The notes: generated by a model not told the origin, from the sequence alone. Shown: positions 21,629-32,397, counted from the first letter of the stretch. The stretch: DNA of 64,000 bases from Nostoc sp. DedSLP01 (GCA_034530875.2 JAVRCJ020000007.1:64001-128000), one strand, 5' to 3'. Made by a program: numbers and translations.

Positions 21629-24001
21629 TTAATTTTGATTAGGAATTGTTTGTGCTGGTTGAATATGCTTGATGACCGCTACTAAGATGAGAGTAGTAGT
21701 ACCATACGCGATCGCTGCTGGTACTAAAGGAACCCAACAACTGTATAGTATTAATAATATCAGGCAAAAGCCGTACAAACTCAGGAATACTACCCCAACT
21801 GCCAAGCTTAAGTAAATTAGCGGCCGCAGATAAATTGCTAGCAAGCCTCCTACAATAGCCCAACCCCATATCCAAATTACTTCACCCCATATCTGCCAAG
21901 TCGATAACAAAGGTCGGCTATCCAAAGCCGCACTCACTAATTGACTGACCATCTGTGCTTGTAAAAATACTCCTGCTATTTCCTGTGGTTGTCCTTGGGA
22001 CGAGGCGTAGGGAGTTAATGAATAATCGCGAAAGCTTTCGGCTGTTGTGCCAATGATAACTATCCGGTCTTTCACCGCATCGACTTGCAGTTTACCTGTT
22101 AGTGCTTCTTGTAAGGTGATGCGGGGAGCGATCGCTTCTAAGTCAGAAAAGGAGCGATAATTGAGTAGAATTTGGTGTCCCAAAGCATCAACACCTTGGT
22201 AGCCTCCAGTGTGGGCTTCGATGGGTTTAAAAGTGAGCTTTCCTAGTTGCCATGCCCCATCAGAAGTGAATTTTAACTCAATTCCCTGAGGGTATAAATA
22301 GCGTAGTGCCAATTCTACATTTAAGGCATAACGTGCAGTACAGGGAGATGAAGGAGGGGGAGTTAAAGCCAACAGATGACGGCGTGCTACATTATCGGCA
22401 TCAATGGCGATATCGCTGAAGCCGAGACGGTTGGCAGCAACCTCTGGTGGTGGTTTAATGCCTGATTTGCTATTTTGCGGCTCGCTAACTTTACATACTG
22501 CCACAAAGCGATCGCTTTTTTTCAATCGCGCTGCCAAGTCTGGATAAGTTGGCTGTACGGCATAATCTCGGTATATATCCAAACCAATTACTTTTGGTTG
22601 ATATGCCTCTAATTTTGCCAACAACTTACCTAAAGCCTCATCTGATAGCGACCCCCGCCTATTATCAGATTGGGCTTGTACATCTGCTTCAGTGACAGTA
22701 ATTACCAGTATGCGCGAATCTGGCTTTTCCTGGGGACGCAGACGCAGCAGTTGGTCGAATGCCATCAATTCCCACGATTGCAGTAAACCAAAATATCGTA
22801 CTCCCATTAATAGTAGTGCGATCGCTATGCTGGTAAACATCACCGCAGACAAAGCTTGTCGTCGGTTGATACTTCCCCTAGATGAGATTTGCGGTACAGA
22901 AGTTATTAACTGACTATTTTGGTTGACATGCAATTCTCGCCATAATAGAGGCATCACTGCTGGATTTTGATAAATTACAGGCAACCAAGTAGCGCAGGGA
23001 AATTGACTTTCTAATCCTTGCAACCGTTCCCGCGCCTCTCTAACTGCTAAGTATAAAGATTCACCACGGGCAAAAGCTTCTAAAAAATACTTCAGAAATT
23101 GTTGCGCCACCCTATCAGGAACCGGTTCTCGCATGACGATGATTTCGGGTATGTGTAAATCTGCAAACTCCCGCGCCAAACCCAAACCATCGCAAGAGTT
23201 AAAAATCGCCAGATGTAAACCCCGTTCCACAGCCTTCCGCAAAGCGTACTTTGACTGAGCAATTGTCAAACTCTCTGTTTGATTAATATAAATTTTTCCT
23301 GTATCATCGCTTTTATCGGTAGTACTATGTCCAGCAAAAAACAAAATTTGCCAATCTTGCTCCCATAATTGATCGGTCAAATCTTTACTTGATGGCTCAA
23401 CCAAGAAGGTAATATTTGCATAAGGTAACTCTTTGAGTAGCTGACTATCAGCTTGAATATCAATTCCCTGACTATCACCCAAAATAGCTAAAACTTTCAC
23501 CTGGGGTTTAGGTGGTGAGTTGCGATGAACTTGTTCGTAACTAGGCGCACTCAGAGCAATTTCAGCTTTTGGATAGCGTTCTAACAAATCCCACAAATGC
23601 CAAGGAAGTTTTTGCAATCTCAGGTCATGAGTTTGTAATAAGACGCGAATATAGTCTTCTGGTAAAAGTTTTTCCAGCCATTTTTCGCGGATGGGGCGAA
23701 AAGTTTGGGAAGATAACCACGTATTTAAATGAACTCTTAAAGTATCAGCAGCTTGTTGGCAATCTTCTAAAGAATGAGTTTGTTTTAATTGCTTCGGAAT
23801 ACCGATAGGACGGGTAGTAAATTTGAGTTGAGAGTAAATAGACTGCCAATGATGGTAACAAAGGGGAATGTCAGAGTTTGGTGGTAATTCGCCAGTAATT
23901 TCTACATTGGCACGAGCATTTTCATCACCAATTTGTAGAGTTATCGGAAACCCCGCCTCAAAACTTCCTGCGCCTAACTTTAAAATTACTAACTTGTTCA
24001 A
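21629..24001 (-). CDS. CHAT (caspase-like) protease-CHASE2 membrane protein
   Basis: FFAGHS and IFNSCDG dyad; TM helix; CHASE2 (IGLDIYRD, GFSD...D.DNVARR, IIGTTA); C-terminal TM helices. Confidence 0.88.
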   Translation of the reverse strand: MNKLVILKLGAGSFEAGFPITLQIGDENARANVEITGELPPNSDIPLCYHHWQSIYSQLKFTTRPIGIPKQLKQTHSLEDCQQAADTLRVHLNTWLSSQTFRPIREKWLEKLLPEDYIRVLLQTHDLRLQKLPWHLWDLLERYPKAEIALSAPSYEQVHRNSPPKPQVKVLAILGDSQGIDIQADSQLLKELPYANITFLVEPSSKDLTDQLWEQDWQILFFAGHSTTDKSDDTGKIYINQTESLTIAQSKYALRKAVERGLHLAIFNSCDGLGLAREFADLHIPEIIVMREPVPDRVAQQFLKYFLEAFARGESLYLAVREARERLQGLESQFPCATWLPVIYQNPAVMPLLWRELHVNQNSQLITSVPQISSRGSINRRQALSAVMFTSIAIALLLMGVRYFGLLQSWELMAFDQLLRLRPQEKPDSRILVITVTEADVQAQSDNRRGSLSDEALGKLLAKLEAYQPKVIGLDIYRDYAVQPTYPDLAARLKKSDRFVAVCKVSEPQNSKSGIKPPPEVAANRLGFSDIAIDADNVARRHLLALTPPPSSPCTARYALNVELALRYLYPQGIELKFTSDGAWQLGKLTFKPIEAHTGGYQGVDALGHQILLNYRSFSDLEAIAPRITLQEALTGKLQVDAVKDRIVIIGTTAESFRDYSLTPYASSQGQPQEIAGVFLQAQMVSQLVSAALDSRPLLSTWQIWGEVIWIWGWAIVGGLLAIYLRPLIYLSLAVGVVFLSLYGFCLILLILYSCWVPLVPAAIAYGTTTLILVAVIKHIQPAQTIPNQN

Positions 24002-24354
24002 CGTCAGTACTCCGGATATGGCGATGCGATATCAATTCGTAATTCGTAATTCGTAATGAGCTTTGTTTAACTGTGCTAATAAAATAAAAAAATCATAGGT
24101 GAGTCTAAAATTATCAAAAACAATCGGGTGTAAAACCGTACTTCGTCCAAAGTTTTTGTAACGAGTATTTATAGCTCGTTACAAAAACGGCCTCCTGCCT
24201 TCGTTAAAAATTACTGGGCAGATTGAGAACTTTCATGAATTACATTACTATTTTCAGGAGTATTTATGGTATCTAATGTTATCCATCGTGCCGTGGATAC
24301 TTCATTTTACAATGGTTCCATTGGGTGCAGGCAATTCCTCCTCTTCCTGTGACC

Positions 24355-24569
24355 GAAGAAAGGCAGAGGGCAGAGGGCAGGAGGCTCAGTTGTAAAAAGA
24401 AAACAACCTCTGCCATCAGGGATAAAAGCACCATTATTTATTTATGAACAAAGAGAAAACATATATTTCGAGACGCGTAGTGCGAGAAATACTATGTCAA
24501 AAGTTAAATCCCCTAAATTTATTTATGGAGATTCCTTCTGCCCTCTGCCTCCTGCCTCCTGCCTTCTTA
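24355..24569. repeat. Inverted GGCAGAG/GGCAGGA heptamer arms
   Basis: AAGGCAGAGGGCAGAGGGCAGGAGGC ... CCTTCTGCCCTCTGCCTCCTGCCTCCTGCCTTCTT. Confidence 0.65.
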
Positions 24570-24753
24570 AGGTGACTTCTCCTCCCTCACGAAATTAGTA
24601 AATCTTCTTTCTGGTTATTAGTACGATCGCTTTTTGTCTTTATACACCCGTTAGGCAAATTTTTTGGCAAAAATCTGAAAAATCCGGGAGCCTTGCGTAA
24701 TACAATTAGCTAAAGATTCGTAAACTTTAAATTTTCTTTACTCACAAATTTAC

Positions 24754-25926
24754 ATGCAACCCCGGCAGGGCATTATTGACATCTTCTCGACCTTTGTGCA
24801 GTTTGATGCAGATAGGTTTAGCGTTTGGGTAACAGATAGCAAGCTACAGCGAAGTATCAAAAAATGCTTAGAACAATATCCACAACAAAAATCTGAAAAT
24901 TTCTGGTTGCTTTACTGGTACAAAATCTGGCAAATTGAATCCAGCCCTTTAGTGGTGGGGCATATTTCTGCTTATTTGCAAGAGGTTTGCTATTGGGTAG
25001 CGAGAAAAATAGCTCTGAATTTTAGCAATCAATATAATGTCGAAGATTGTTTTCAGATTGCTATGTCTTGCATTTATAAAATTCTTAAAAGTTTTAATCC
25101 CGAATACAGTACAAATTTAAAAAGCTATGCTCAATATGCTTTTGAACGGTTTCTTAAGGACTCTCTGCGTCTAGGAAAAGAAGCGGATATCTGTACTGAC
25201 TGGGCTTTATTGCATAAAGTTAGTCGCAAGCGGTTGGTAAATTCCTTAGAAAATGCAGGTTTTAACAGCCAAAAAATTGATAGTTACGTCTTAGCTTGGG
25301 AATGTTTTAAGGAAATCTACACTAGCGATCGCCAAACAATCCGTCAGTTGGCTAAACCGGATAATACTACATGGCAGCAAATTACTCAACTGTACAATAG
25401 ACAAAGCTTGAGTCAAGGGACTCCAGAAAAGTTGGAAGCATGGCTGAGTAGCTGTGCTAAAGCTGTGCGTGATTTTCTTTATCCCAAGTTTGTCTCTGTG
25501 GATGTTCGTATTGATGGAGAAGGCTCGCCTAATTTATTAGATACATTATCCGCAGATTTGCCGCCATCTTTACTCACAGAAATTATTGAGCGAGAAGAAG
25601 CTACAAGTAGAGAAACGCAACAAGCACAAATAAATCAAGTTATCATCAATGCTTTAACAGCTTTAGATCTTCAATCTCAAAAATTACTCCAAGCTTATTA
25701 TCAGCAACGACTGACTCAACAACAAATCGCCCAACAGCTAGAAATGAAGCAATATACAGTTTCTCGCCGCCTATCTAGCATCAAACGTTCTTTACTTCAG
25801 ATTTTAGCGGAGTGGAGTCTGAATTCCTTGCATATTTCCCCGGATTGTGTCGTATTACAGGGTATGAATCAAATTTTAGAAGAATGGCTCGAGCATTACT
25901 ATGATTCTATTAATCAAAATCCTTAA
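24754..25926 (+). CDS. Divergent sigma-70-like factor
   Basis: Region-2-like AYLQEVCYWVA...EDCFQIA; region-4 HTH LTQQQIAQQLEMKQYTVSRRL. Confidence 0.75.
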   Translation: MQPRQGIIDIFSTFVQFDADRFSVWVTDSKLQRSIKKCLEQYPQQKSENFWLLYWYKIWQIESSPLVVGHISAYLQEVCYWVARKIALNFSNQYNVEDCFQIAMSCIYKILKSFNPEYSTNLKSYAQYAFERFLKDSLRLGKEADICTDWALLHKVSRKRLVNSLENAGFNSQKIDSYVLAWECFKEIYTSDRQTIRQLAKPDNTTWQQITQLYNRQSLSQGTPEKLEAWLSSCAKAVRDFLYPKFVSVDVRIDGEGSPNLLDTLSADLPPSLLTEIIEREEATSRETQQAQINQVIINALTALDLQSQKLLQAYYQQRLTQQQIAQQLEMKQYTVSRRLSSIKRSLLQILAEWSLNSLHISPDCVVLQGMNQILEEWLEHYYDSINQNP

Positions 25927-25944
25927 ACTCAAGGTATCCTGATT

Positions 25945-27102
25945 ATGTTTAATATCTCTGCCGATTTAGTTCTCGATCGCAATTTGTTGCTAGAAATTGT
26001 TCAGACATCGCCATATTTAGAACAGAGTTACTCTACAAACGGCGGTCGTCAACGCGCTTGGGTGAATCAAGCTTGTGTAGAAACATTTTTGGCTTGGTTA
26101 AAAGCAGAGATTACGCCCAATGCTAGGGTATTTCCTAACACGGCAATATTACCTAGTTTTTGGGAATTTGTGAATGGTACAACTATTAATTTTGATGATG
26201 CTCGTTTGGTATTGATTCCCACTTTAGCAATCGATGTGGATGAATTACGCATCCCTCAAGAATGGGTGGATATTCCTGAATGGGTAGCTGACTATTATTT
26301 GGCTGTGCAATTCAATCCAGATGAAGGCTGGATGAGAGTTTTTGGTTACACAACTCATCAACAAGTGAAAACTTTGGGCGTTTATGATGCAGGCGATCGC
26401 ACTTACAGTTTAGAATTTGAAGATCTCATCCCAGACTTGAATGTACTTTGGGTAAATCGCCAATTTCATACTGAAGAAACCAGACGCGTACCAGTTGAGC
26501 CTCTACCACCATTACCCCAAACCCAAGCTAACAATTTACTCGCAAGATTGAGTAATGCAGATATCAAATTTCCCCGCTTAGAAGTTCCCTTTTCGCTTTG
26601 GGCATCGTTAATAGTTCATGGCGGTTGGCGACAACGTTTGTATGAATTGCGCCAAGGAATTGCCCAACCAGCATCAATAGGGCAATGGCTGCAAGAAGGC
26701 GTATCAAATTTTGCCCAACAACTTGGCTGGCAGTTACAGCAGTTTACAGCCTTGCCTTCAGGAATGAGGAGCCGAGAAACATCTGTGTCTGTTTTAGGGT
26801 TATCTCGACAAATAATAGTAGCTGAAAATACTTATGAATTACGGATTTTTCCTCAAGGCAACCCAGAAGAACAGATTTGGCGCTGGGAATTACGCAGTGC
26901 AAATCGAGAAAATATGATTCCTGCGGGGTTTCAACTCAGACTGCTTACGGAAGATTTACAAACGTTTCCTAACAATGAAGATATAGCGACAACACCTGTA
27001 GAAGAACTGTATGTGGAGGTGATGTTGGAACCTGGTGAAGGGTTGGTTTGGGAAGTCATACCTTGTCCGGTAGAATACGAGTGGGAAATTTTACGTTTTT
27101 AG
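25945..27102 (+). CDS. DUF1822-family protein
   Basis: RLVLIP...ELRIPQEWVDIPEWVADYYLAVQ...GYTTH; 18 nt after the sigma-like gene. Confidence 0.82.
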   Translation: MFNISADLVLDRNLLLEIVQTSPYLEQSYSTNGGRQRAWVNQACVETFLAWLKAEITPNARVFPNTAILPSFWEFVNGTTINFDDARLVLIPTLAIDVDELRIPQEWVDIPEWVADYYLAVQFNPDEGWMRVFGYTTHQQVKTLGVYDAGDRTYSLEFEDLIPDLNVLWVNRQFHTEETRRVPVEPLPPLPQTQANNLLARLSNADIKFPRLEVPFSLWASLIVHGGWRQRLYELRQGIAQPASIGQWLQEGVSNFAQQLGWQLQQFTALPSGMRSRETSVSVLGLSRQIIVAENTYELRIFPQGNPEEQIWRWELRSANRENMIPAGFQLRLLTEDLQTFPNNEDIATTPVEELYVEVMLEPGEGLVWEVIPCPVEYEWEILRF

Positions 27103-27453
27103 TTGTCAGAGGTTGTTTGAAAAGTGTCTTATCTTAATAGCCTTAAAAGCCTAGCTAAATATTAGGTTTCAAGCACAACTATTTATCTCTGAGAAAATAA
27201 AATATTTCAGTTTCAATGCGTCGTTAGATAAATAGCCTGAATTGAATTTTGGACATTTTCCTGTTCCCTGTTCCCCGTCCCTTGTTCGCTTTTCATAACA
27301 GTAACCATACCTAATTAACTAATAGGATGAGAAAAGATTTCAGTATTTCAACTGATTTCATGAGTAGAGAGCAAGGATACAAATTGTAGGGTAATCAAGC
27401 CCTATCAGTGGGAACAAGATTCCCGCTTTTGTACTCTTAGTGGGACTTAACTT

Positions 27454-27564
27454 ATGAAAGTTACAATGACATCGATTAAAACACCACATGTAGTTATCGG
27501 CATCCTCATGGTCGTGAATTATGCACTTTTTACCCTAGTACTCAACTATTTGGATAATATTTAG
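27454..27564 (+). CDS. Putative 36-aa single-TM protein
   Basis: MKVTMTSIKTPHVVIGILMVVNYALFTLVLNYLDNI*; GGGA upstream; below the ORF-track cutoff. Confidence 0.4.
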   Translation: MKVTMTSIKTPHVVIGILMVVNYALFTLVLNYLDNI

Positions 27565-27764
27565 TTTCCGATCTGGTAGTTGATAATTTAGTTAAATTCT
27601 TGGTTGGCTGTAGTTAGTAATTTGCTTAGTATTATCGTGCGATCGCTTGTACGTTCAGAGAAAATGGGGAACAGATAACAGGCAATAATTCGATCCCCAT
27701 AATTAGAGAATGAGGATTTGTTTTTATAGCAATCCTATTTGATTTTTTGAAAATTTACCCTATC

Positions 27765-27800
27765 TAGATCCCCGACTTCTGCCAAGAAATCGGGGATCTA
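27765..27800. repeat. Palindrome TAGATCCCCGA...TCGGGGATCTA
   Basis: 11-bp perfect arms; degenerate relative near 52900-52928. Confidence 0.6.
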
Positions 27801-27898
27801 ACTTTTCACGAATGATTTACGATCGCTATAGTTACTCAACCCTAAAAATCAAATTTTTCCTCCCCTGCCCCTCTGCCCCTCTGCCTCCCCTGCCCCTT

Positions 27899-28918
27899 AT
27901 GTCCCCGGTATCGCTCCCCCCACCACTCGACAAAAACTTACCTCTGACTGCTCTTGCACCCATGCAAGACGTAACAAACCTCTGGTTTATGAAAGTCATT
28001 GCCCAATATGGCAGTCCTGACTACTTCTTCACCGAGTATTTCCGTGTAAATGATACCTCACGGCTCAACCGTAATATTCTGGCATCAATCGTCGAAAACG
28101 ATACAGGTCGCCCCGTTTTTGCTCAGATGATTGGCGAAAGCATTCCAGACTTAGTAAGAACAGCCAAGGAACTATGCAACTATAATATCGCTGGAGTTGA
28201 CTTGAACATGGGCTGTCCAGCACCTAGAATTTATCGCAAAAATGTTGGGGGTGGATTGCTGCTTTCGCCAGAAAAAGTCGATCGCATTTTGGGAGAACTG
28301 CGGCAAGCAGTTAGCGATCGCCCTTTTACCGTGAAAATGCGTATTGGCTTTGAAAATACAGATACCTTTTATGAAATTTTAGATTTGGTCAATCGCCACA
28401 GCATTGATTTACTGAGTTTGCATGGTCGCACGGTGAAAGATATGTACCACGGGGTAGTGAGATACGATCTAATCGCCCAAGCAGTCAAACGAGTTGATTG
28501 TCCGGTGCTTGCTAATGGCAACATCCACTCGGCTGCAACTGCTCTAGAAGTGCTTTCGCAAACAGGCGCGGCGGGTGTAATGGTGGGACGCTGGGCAATT
28601 GGGAATCCTTGGGTTTTTAATCAAATTCGGCAAGCTTTGCGAAAAGAACCGATCGCACCCGTTCCTTTAGCAGAAGTACGCAACTATATCGATCGCTTAT
28701 GGCAAACTCCCACAGGGGCAACCATGCCAGAGCGATCGCGTATAGGTTACCTAAAAATGTTCCTCAACTACATTGCCCTGAGTGTTGACCCTGAAGGTCA
28801 TTTCCTGCGGCTGATGCGACAGACGCAGACCGAACTAGAACTGTTTAACCTGTGCGATCGCTTTCTCCTTGGCGATGCGACCAAAACCTTAGCCCTAGCA
28901 CCCTACTCAGGCGTTTAA
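27899..28918 (+). CDS. tRNA-dihydrouridine synthase family protein
   Basis: LAPMQDVT, VDLNMGCP, TVKMRIG, LHGRT, ANGNI, GVMVGRWA. Confidence 0.92.
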   Translation: MSPVSLPPPLDKNLPLTALAPMQDVTNLWFMKVIAQYGSPDYFFTEYFRVNDTSRLNRNILASIVENDTGRPVFAQMIGESIPDLVRTAKELCNYNIAGVDLNMGCPAPRIYRKNVGGGLLLSPEKVDRILGELRQAVSDRPFTVKMRIGFENTDTFYEILDLVNRHSIDLLSLHGRTVKDMYHGVVRYDLIAQAVKRVDCPVLANGNIHSAATALEVLSQTGAAGVMVGRWAIGNPWVFNQIRQALRKEPIAPVPLAEVRNYIDRLWQTPTGATMPERSRIGYLKMFLNYIALSVDPEGHFLRLMRQTQTELELFNLCDRFLLGDATKTLALAPYSGV

Positions 28919-28962
28919 ATTTGCAGGGTAATCTCAATTTGACAAATCATTTAAGACTGGTA

Positions 28963-29093
28963 TATAGGACTCATATTTGATTTGGTGAAAAAAAATCAGT
29001 ACACCCAAACAAGGCTTCTTTCCCACTCCCTACTCCCCATTCCCTACTCCCTGTCTACGCAAATAATTTCATGAATCAAGTCAGATTCCTATA
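28963..29093. mobile_element. MITE-like element overlapping the GHMP kinase stop
   Basis: TATAGGACTCATATTTGATT ... AATCAAGTCAGATTCCTATA termini; CCTACTC/CCATTCC heptamers inside. Confidence 0.55.
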
Positions 29094-30148
29094 GACGTTG
29101 GTAGTTTGGAAATAGTTAACTGTAATGTTTGCATTTGAGGAAAATCGCGCTGAATAATTTCCATCGCTTTTGTTTGACTGTCTTGATTTTTAACAATTAG
29201 TTGTGCAGTGCCATCGCCTTGAGAACCTACGCCTTTGCCTCCGAAGATATAAGGCTGAAGCGGCTCGTGACCCAGAAGGAGATGCAGCTTTTTCGCAGTC
29301 AATTCAGAAGGACAAGCCGGAATTACGTAGCGATCGAATTCAGCTTGGGCTTTTGTCATTAAAGCTCCCAGAAGTTCGGCATTTCCTTGTTGTATTGCTT
29401 CAACTGCGGCCAAAGTAATTTTAGGGCTAATAGAACCGAAATATTTTTGCACATTTTGTTGAATTTGATTAGTAGCGAAAGGATAACATTGATTTAATTG
29501 TTTTAGTATTTCTTGTGTATTTTTGCTACCGCCGAGATCGACAATGACAAAAAATAAATCTTCGCTAACTTTTAACTCGTAGTGGTCGATTTTTTCGCCA
29601 TCAAATATCATCAAAGTTGGGCGATTTCCATAAGCACAACCCTGATCCATCCGACCGCAAAGGCTAGGAGTGGTTCTTTCTCCTAAATAGGCAAACTCCA
29701 TTTCTTCACGAATGGTCATCTTCAAATCATACAGATGATTAAAAGCTCGAGCAATGAGAACGCAAAACGCCGCACTCGAAGATAATCCTTTTTGAATGGG
29801 CAAGTCGGTGAGATAATTATCAACCTCAAGTCCGCCCACACCATAGCGAGTCAGAAATTGATAAGCGGTACCAGCAGCATAACTAAAAAAACCGCCCTTT
29901 TTAGCTACGGACTTGAGAGTATTAGATTCCATCTGTAATCTGAAGGGTTCATAACGCGTACCATCATTAAGAGAAGCATGAATGATTAATTCCTGAAAAT
30001 TATGTTTAACATCAGCATAAATTCCTTGATTAGTACCAACAATTAAGGTGTAACCCTTTTCGATTTCAGGATTAATTCTGCGATATTCTCCTGCCCAATC
30101 GGTGTGTTCTCCGAACAAACAAAGACGCCCTGGAACAAAAATTCTCAT
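29081..30148 (-). CDS. GHMP-family sugar kinase (galactokinase-like)
   Basis: PGRLCLFGEHTD, LPIQKGLSSSAA, CGRMDQ, GKGVGSQGDG. Confidence 0.87.
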   Translation of the reverse strand: MRIFVPGRLCLFGEHTDWAGEYRRINPEIEKGYTLIVGTNQGIYADVKHNFQELIIHASLNDGTRYEPFRLQMESNTLKSVAKKGGFFSYAAGTAYQFLTRYGVGGLEVDNYLTDLPIQKGLSSSAAFCVLIARAFNHLYDLKMTIREEMEFAYLGERTTPSLCGRMDQGCAYGNRPTLMIFDGEKIDHYELKVSEDLFFVIVDLGGSKNTQEILKQLNQCYPFATNQIQQNVQKYFGSISPKITLAAVEAIQQGNAELLGALMTKAQAEFDRYVIPACPSELTAKKLHLLLGHEPLQPYIFGGKGVGSQGDGTAQLIVKNQDSQTKAMEIIQRDFPQMQTLQLTISKLPTSIGI

Positions 30149-30284
30149 TTCAAGTTTCCTGTTATTAATCGGGATATATGCTATCCTGATTAACTTCAAC
30201 GAACAAGCGATCGCGAGATTGATTCTAGATTCTTAAAAACATCCTCTAAAATTTGGATAGATCGATAGTACTTAATCTTTTGTA

Positions 30285-31082
30285 ATGAATCCCTACACTA
30301 TCCTTAATCAGACCGAACTTCAGCGCGTTAGTGATGGCACAACCCGACCCCTACTAGAAAATTGCGAGGCTGCCTCATATATCCTTATTTTAGTCTGGCC
30401 GCAACTTGGGGATTTTGATAGTCTTGAATATGCGTGGTGGTTACAGCGCGAAGCTAAAAAATTGCCTCCTGAAAAATTCGCTATTCGTGCAGTGGGAATT
30501 GGCGATCGCGCCTCTGGAACAAAATTCTGTGACTATACAGGATTTCCACCTGAAAATTTATTTGTCGAACCTAATGCAAAACTACATCAGCAACTTAACC
30601 TTTATTCAGGTCTAAATCTTTCTCTCCCTGGACTTTCTCAGCCCCAGAAAGCTTGGCTAAATCTGCTGTTAATGTGTGCGGGGTTTGGAAGTCCTGGAAC
30701 GTTAAAAGAAGTTTTTCGAGGATACAAGGGAGATCGTCAAGCTCCTCAACTCATTGGAAATGATGAAATTATTCAAGGTACTCCTCTACCTGCTTTTAAA
30801 GGTTCATTTTTCCAATTAGCTGGCGGAAGTGGGTTTCAACGTCCCTTTGAATTAGCTACTCTACGGCTGCGGAATATGGCGGAAGTTCTGAGAAATTGGC
30901 GTACTTACGTGCCTAATTCTGCTTACTTAACAATGCGTGGTGGAACTTTTCTGTTTGATTCCAAAGGGCAGTTACTTTACGAACATCGAGACCGAGGAAT
31001 TCTCGGCTTTGCTGCTAATATGAGTCAGCCTCTATCATTTTTATCCTCCCTCGAAACAGATACCTTCACCTCAACTTGCTAA
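30285..31082 (+). CDS. Peroxiredoxin-like (AhpC/TSA-type) conserved protein
   Basis: WPQLGDFDSLEY, LMCAG.GSPGTLKEV, RPFELATLRL, RGGTFLF. Confidence 0.75.
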   Translation: MNPYTILNQTELQRVSDGTTRPLLENCEAASYILILVWPQLGDFDSLEYAWWLQREAKKLPPEKFAIRAVGIGDRASGTKFCDYTGFPPENLFVEPNAKLHQQLNLYSGLNLSLPGLSQPQKAWLNLLLMCAGFGSPGTLKEVFRGYKGDRQAPQLIGNDEIIQGTPLPAFKGSFFQLAGGSGFQRPFELATLRLRNMAEVLRNWRTYVPNSAYLTMRGGTFLFDSKGQLLYEHRDRGILGFAANMSQPLSFLSSLETDTFTSTC

Positions 31083-31261
31083 TTCCCGAGAGACGTTGCA
31101 ATGCAACGTCTCTACATGTATATTCATACGGCAATTCAGCAACAGCCGATATACAATACCCTATAAATACAGATTCTAAAGGCAAAATCCCGAACATGCG
31201 ATCGCAATCTTTAATTTCTGTACTGATTCAGTTGTTTCTAAAAATTGTGGTTTAGTAATAA

Positions 31262-32275
31262 ATGAAAATTGGGATTCAAAAAACAGCAGAAATTTTAGAG
31301 AAAGTTCATCAATTAGAATCCACACAGGGTCTTAAAAATGAAGCCTGCCGTTCCAAATTTTTGATTCACTCCGATATAACATCAAAAGTTTTTTTGTTTT
31401 TGCATGGTTTTACAGCAGGACCTTATCAGTTTGAGCCACTTGGTCAAGCCTTCTTTAAAAAAGGATATAACGTTTTAATTCCTTTACAACCCGGTCATGG
31501 ACGTTCGGGCAACTGGAACCGTCAAAATCCTCCACCACTACCAACAGATATTCAGATATATCAACAATTTCTACTAGAATGGTTGCAGATTGCAAAAACG
31601 TTAGGAGAACAAGTTGTAGTTGGTGGATTATCAACAGGTGGCACTTTAGCTGCTTGGTTAAGTTTAGAATATCCCCAAGAGATTGACCGCGCTTTATTGT
31701 TCACCCCTTATTTGGGTAGCCGTTACTCAGTATTCGATTTCCTGATTAAAATTCTACCAATTTACTTTGAATGGTTCAACAAAGATGCACCTGGAAATTT
31801 TGGTTATAAAGGTTTTTGCCTCAAAGCGTTACGAATACTTCTTCAATTAGGAGAAGAGGTTTTACAAAAGTCTGAAAGCTCTGTTTTTGCGCCTATTTTA
31901 ATGGTATGTAGTGAAGCAGATAGTGCTGTTAGTCGCTCTAAACAACGGGATTTTTTCCGTAAAATAGTTATGCAGCAACCAAAATCTTGGTATTACTGTT
32001 TCGATGATTCGCTGCACATCGAACACCGGATGATGACAAAATTGGAAGACAATGATTATGAGGAATTAGTAATTACCCTTGCGAAAGCTTTTGTTGAAAG
32101 TAATTTGACTTGGGTAGAGTTTGAGCAAATGGCGAAGCGAATCACCGAAGGACATACTGATGACCAAATCATGCGAGAATTCAACGTCGATGCTCAAGTT
32201 TTTCAACAACTATCTGCAATGATGACTCAAGGTTTGGGCTGCGACGATCTTAAGTGCATCAATCCATATTCCTAA
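31262..32275 (+). CDS. Alpha/beta hydrolase (esterase/lipase)
   Basis: LHGFT, PGHG, nucleophile GLSTGG, Asp (EAD), His (EH). Confidence 0.87.
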   Translation: MKIGIQKTAEILEKVHQLESTQGLKNEACRSKFLIHSDITSKVFLFLHGFTAGPYQFEPLGQAFFKKGYNVLIPLQPGHGRSGNWNRQNPPPLPTDIQIYQQFLLEWLQIAKTLGEQVVVGGLSTGGTLAAWLSLEYPQEIDRALLFTPYLGSRYSVFDFLIKILPIYFEWFNKDAPGNFGYKGFCLKALRILLQLGEEVLQKSESSVFAPILMVCSEADSAVSRSKQRDFFRKIVMQQPKSWYYCFDDSLHIEHRMMTKLEDNDYEELVITLAKAFVESNLTWVEFEQMAKRITEGHTDDQIMREFNVDAQVFQQLSAMMTQGLGCDDLKCINPYS

Positions 32276-32397
32276 TACTAAAGATATTTGATAACTATTA
32301 AGCGATCGCAGCTTCTTTATATATAAGTCCGCACCTCTTGATTATAAAGTTTTCATCGCAAGTATTTTTATTCTTGTGTTGCTCTCGCATTGCAATT

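Noticed and set aside
24011..24016. TCCGGA as a heterocyst DIF1 promoter motif
   Set aside because: Only about 10 nt from the CHAT start and no convincing -10 box
27812..27898. N-terminal extension of Dus
   Set aside because: Low-complexity CCCCTG repeats
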